From: Octopus sinensis
Lineage: Eukaryota
Reading direction: 5' to 3'
DNA: 23,013 nucleotides
Assembly (NCBI RefSeq): GCF_006345805.1
Contig: NW_021836740.1
Span: 1-23,013, forward strand
The notes under the pieces were generated by a model. The model did no database searches. It saw nothing but the letters and a program-made list of their open reading frames with translations, and was not told the DNA's origin. The translations under genes and the position numbers were made by a program. Shown piece after piece: positions 19,864-23,013 of the stretch (its first letter is position 1; each line of letters opens with the position of its first letter).

Positions 19864-19977
19864 TTTGAGAACTACTGTATGTTTTCTATACTGAGAATAT
19901 GTAGCTCTCACCTTTTTGACTGCATGTGTGTGTGTTCACGCACACATTATATATATAGGCACAACAGTGACTGTCCA

Positions 19978-20320
19978 TAGATGCAAGAGTGGCTGTGTGG
20001 TAGGTAGCTTGCTTACCAACAATATGGTTCCAGGTTCAGTCCCACTGCGTGGCACCCTGGTCAAGTGTCTTCTACTATAGCTTCGAGCCAACCAAAGCCT
20101 TGAAAGTGGATTTGGTGGGCAAAAACTGAAAGCCTGTGGTGTATATATATGTTTGTGTGTCTGTTTGTCCCCCCCCCACCATTGCTTGACAACCGATATT
20201 GGTGTGTTTATGTCCCTGTAACTTAGCAGTTCAGCAAAAGAGACTGATAGAATAAGTCCTGGAGTCAATTTGTTCAACTAAAGGTGGTGCTCCAGCATGG
20301 CCAGAGTCAAATGCCTGAAT
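19978..20320 (+). mobile_element. Family-A SINE, near full length (right member of inverted pair)
   Basis: Head to GGTGGTGCTCCAGCATGGCC tail. Confidence 0.85.
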
Positions 20321-20923
20321 ATATACACAGAGAGAGAGAGAGAGATAGTAAGAAAGTTAAATAATCAGACATGTTAGCTCATTCTAAAAAACAAAAAAAA
20401 AGTTGTTAAAAAAAAAACGAAAAGTTTAACTAGCATGTGTAATAGAAATTTATGGCTTTGGCACAACTGCCATATTCATTTTAGCAATTCTAGAATGAAT
20501 TATTTCTCTTTGCTTACATCTCTTGTCTCTTGGTGATGAATGTACATATATGGGAATACACCCCGCTCCCTCCCTTTGTCTCTAGCTTGACAGCAGTTAA
20601 GTCATTATAGCATATGCTAATGAGAGAATATAGGACTGTCAATTCTGGGTGATTTTGTTGTTTTTTATTTTCCTTTTCTTTGTTCTGGAAAGTGGAGGAG
20701 GGCTGTAGCCTAGAATTTCCCAGAACATTTTCATAGCTCCTTTTCTAGGTAAAGGTAAACTATTATCAGATAAAGTATCCAGCATGACAGTCAATCTCCC
20801 CCAACCTGAAGTAGTCATGGGGGGGGGGGGTTTAGCCCTTGACTCCATTTTGCTACCTTATTTCTGGTGAAATACTTTGCTTAGGTTTCAATTAATTCAA
20901 TTTTTTTTGTAAATAATGAATAG

Positions 20924-21340
20924 CATGGCTGTGTGATAAGAAGCTTGCTTCTCCACCACAGTGTTCTGGGTTCAGTCCCACTGTATGCAAGCATTATAGG
21001 CACAGGAGTGGCTGTGTGGTAAGTAGCTTGCTTACCAACCACATGGTTCTGGGTTCAGTCCCAGTGTGTGGCACCTTGGACAAGTGTCTTCTACTATAAC
21101 CTCGGAATGAGCAAAGCCTTGTGAGTGGATTTGGTAGACAGAAACTGAAAGAAGCCTGCTGTGTATGTGTGGGAGTCGGTGTTTGTTCCCTCATCACTGC
21201 TTGAGAACCAATGTTGGTGTGTTTGCATTCCTATAACTTTGCAGTTTGACAGAAGGAGACAAATAGAATAAGTACTAGGCTTAAGAAATAAATCCTGGGG
21301 TTGATTTGTTTGACTGAAACAAGTTAAAGAATAAAAGAAT
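20924..21340 (+). mobile_element. Family-A SINE head fragment plus near full-length copy
   Basis: Head-only piece 20924-20988; full copy 20996-21340. Confidence 0.8.
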
Positions 21341-21354
21341 TAACTTAGTCATTA

Positions 21355-21461
21355 TTACTCTTATGTTTCAGTCATTTGACTATGGCCATGCTGGAGCACC
21401 ACCTTAAGGGATTTTAGTTAAAGAAATCAACCCCATAACATTGTTTGTAAGCCTAATACTT
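21355..21461 (-). mobile_element. Family-A SINE 3' end
   Basis: TTTCAGTCATTTGACTATGGCCATGCTGGAGCACCACC. Confidence 0.75.
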
Positions 21462-21482
21462 ATATGAAGGGCTTCTCTCAGT

Positions 21483-21708
21483 TTTTTATTTCTTTATTGC
21501 CCACAAGGGGCTAAACACAGAAGGGACAAACAAGGACAGACAAACAGATTAAGTCGATTATATCGACCCCAGTGCGTAACTGGTGCTTATTTAATTGACC
21601 CTGAAAGGATGAAAGGCAAAATCAACCTCGGCAGAATTTGAACTCAAAACGTAATGGCAGACGAAATACCATTAAGCATTTCACTCAGCGTGCTAATGTT
21701 TGATCAGC
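21483..21708 (-). mobile_element. Family-B SINE with variant tail
   Basis: Reverse complement of the family-B middle (GAAAGGATGAAAGGC...GAATTTGAACTC). Confidence 0.75.
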
Positions 21709-21710
21709 AT

Positions 21711-21810
21711 GAGGCTATAGTAACAGACACTTGCCCAAGTAGCCACGCAGTGGGGCTGAACCTGGAACCATGTGGGAAGCAAGCTTTTTACGAAGACACC
21801 CATGTCTACA
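21711..21810 (-). mobile_element. Family-A SINE head fragment
   Basis: GACACTTGCCCAAG...CTGAACCTGGAACCATGTG. Confidence 0.7.
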
Positions 21811-21819
21811 CCTATGCGT

Positions 21820-22100
21820 TTGGAACATAAATTGGCATGAAATTTCCATGGAAGGTTTTAATTCAGAAAGCTCTGAATGGGCTTGGAATAACTGGGGCAG
21901 CAATGAGGAAGGGTTATAAATTCTATCACTGTAGCTGCAGAGAAGGTCACTGAGTGGCTTCAACTAAAGACCAGTAGTTTTCTGCTATTTGAATGCAAGC
22001 AAGGACTTGATCAACCCTGGCTGGGTGAACTGAGAGGGGTCTGATGGCAAAAGACCTGAAACATCATTAACAATGTAATTACAGGGCATCTGCAAGATGC
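21820..22100 (+). mobile_element. Probable 3' remnant of an RLE-clade (HERO-like) LINE
   Basis: With one frameshift near 21911 it reads KALNGLGITGAAMRK-VINSITVAAEKVTEWLQLK, resembling the LGxxG...I..AAEKA..WLWLK C-terminus of R2-superfamily/HERO ORFs. Recognised from memory, not searched. Confidence 0.45.
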
Positions 22101-22269
22101 ATCATCATAATCATAATTTAGCGTCCATTTTCCATGCTGGCATGGGTTGGACAGTTTGACAGGAGCTGACCAGCCAGAGATCTGCACAAGGCTCCAGTTG
22201 TCCGTTTTTGCAAGGTTTATTGGTTGGATGCCCTTCCTAATCCCGTTTGAGTGCTCTGGGTGCTTTTTA
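22100..22269 (-). mobile_element. Family-D RTE-tailed element, 3' part
   Basis: (CAT)n-TTTAGCGTCCATTTTCCATGCTGGCATGGGTTGGAC ... GGATGCCCTTCCTAA. Confidence 0.72.
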
Positions 22270-22420
22270 TAGTAATTTTTAAAGTAACTTGCATCATAGA
22301 ACCAAGGGCAGTTTCAAGCAGGTTGATATGAAAAAGGTTTGTCAGTTGCAACTAAATGTACCTTTCATCAAATCTATTCCCAGAATGACCACCACAACAT
22401 TTATTTCAAACATTGTGCAG

Positions 22421-22600
22421 TCATGGCTGTGTGATTGAGAAGTTTGTTTCCTAACCATATGGTTCTGAGTTCAGTCCCACAGCATGGTACCTTAGTCAAG
22501 TGCCCTCTACTATAGCCCCATACTGAGTGGATTTGGCAGATGAAAGCTGAAAAAAGCCCATCGTATATACATGCATGTGTGTGTCCTTGTCTTGACAGCT
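22421..22600 (+). mobile_element. Family-A SINE 5' half, decayed
   Basis: TGGCTGTGTGA...GAGTTCAGTCCCAC...GAGTGGATTTGG. Confidence 0.7.
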
Positions 22601-22752
22601 GTGATAGTTGTAAATGAATATCACAGTTATACAAGCAGTGTCATTAATTTCCAATATTCAATGGGAATGCATCGTTTTCCCCTATGGTCAAACATGACAG
22701 AAAGCAGTTTTGTTGATGCCCTAATGAGTCAGCTAGACCACTGCCTTCTAAC

Positions 22753-23013
22753 AATAATAATCCTTTCCCCTAGAGGCACAAGGCCTACAAAGTTGGGAGG
22801 GGGCTGGTTGATTACATTGACTCCAGTACTCAATTGGTACTTATTTTATTAACCCCGAAAAGATAAGCAAAGCTGACCTTGGCAGAATTTGAACTCAGAA
22901 CATAAAGACAGACAAAATTCTGTTAAGTATTCTGCCCGGTTTGTAAACGATTCTGCCAGCTTGCCACCTTAATAATAATAATGATTATAATCCTTTCTAC
23001 AAAAGGTACAAGG
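22753..23013 (-). mobile_element. Family-B SINE plus the 3' end of a further copy cut by the window edge
   Basis: GATTCTGCCAGCTTGCCACCTT head (reverse complement) ends at 22970; AATCCTTTCTAC starts the next copy. Confidence 0.78.

Noticed and set aside
20639-20848. 69-aa minus-strand ORF, G12 run and a plus-strand exon-like segment at about 20691-20748
   Set aside because: No recognisable homology, the plus-strand segment has stops in all frames, and a single G run alone does not indicate function.
22036-22066. Hammerhead-like CTGATGG...GAAAC
   Set aside because: Core is CUGAUGG, with no stem II between the core strands and no stem III or NUH site.

Overview
Eukaryotic, AT-rich, repeat-saturated DNA. 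The repeat families suggest a coleoid cephalopod, probably an octopus (inference, not database-checked). No host protein-coding gene can be firmly supported, and most ORFs in the track are microsatellite or repeat artefacts. Contents: a 5'-truncated, frameshifted CR1-group LINE (82-2639); a miniature Helitron carrying a Pif1 helicase remnant (3640-4477); an RTE-tailed repeat with a 62-bp tandem array; about 25 SINE copies or fragments in three families; hAT, piggyBac-like, mariner and HINE-type DNA elements; a probable RLE-clade (HERO-like) LINE remnant; and long TA/TACA and CT tracts. The most striking unannotated structure is a 348-bp element (18963-19310) whose two 89-bp inverted arms each encode a type I hammerhead ribozyme pointing outward, flanked by a CCAG direct repeat. 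The right arm keeps an intact catalytic core. Two more decayed hammerheads occur, one behind a tRNA-like Pol III head. Also notable: an inverted SINE pair homogenised over about 150 bp, and a LINE/SINE shared 3' tail with a covarying stem-loop.
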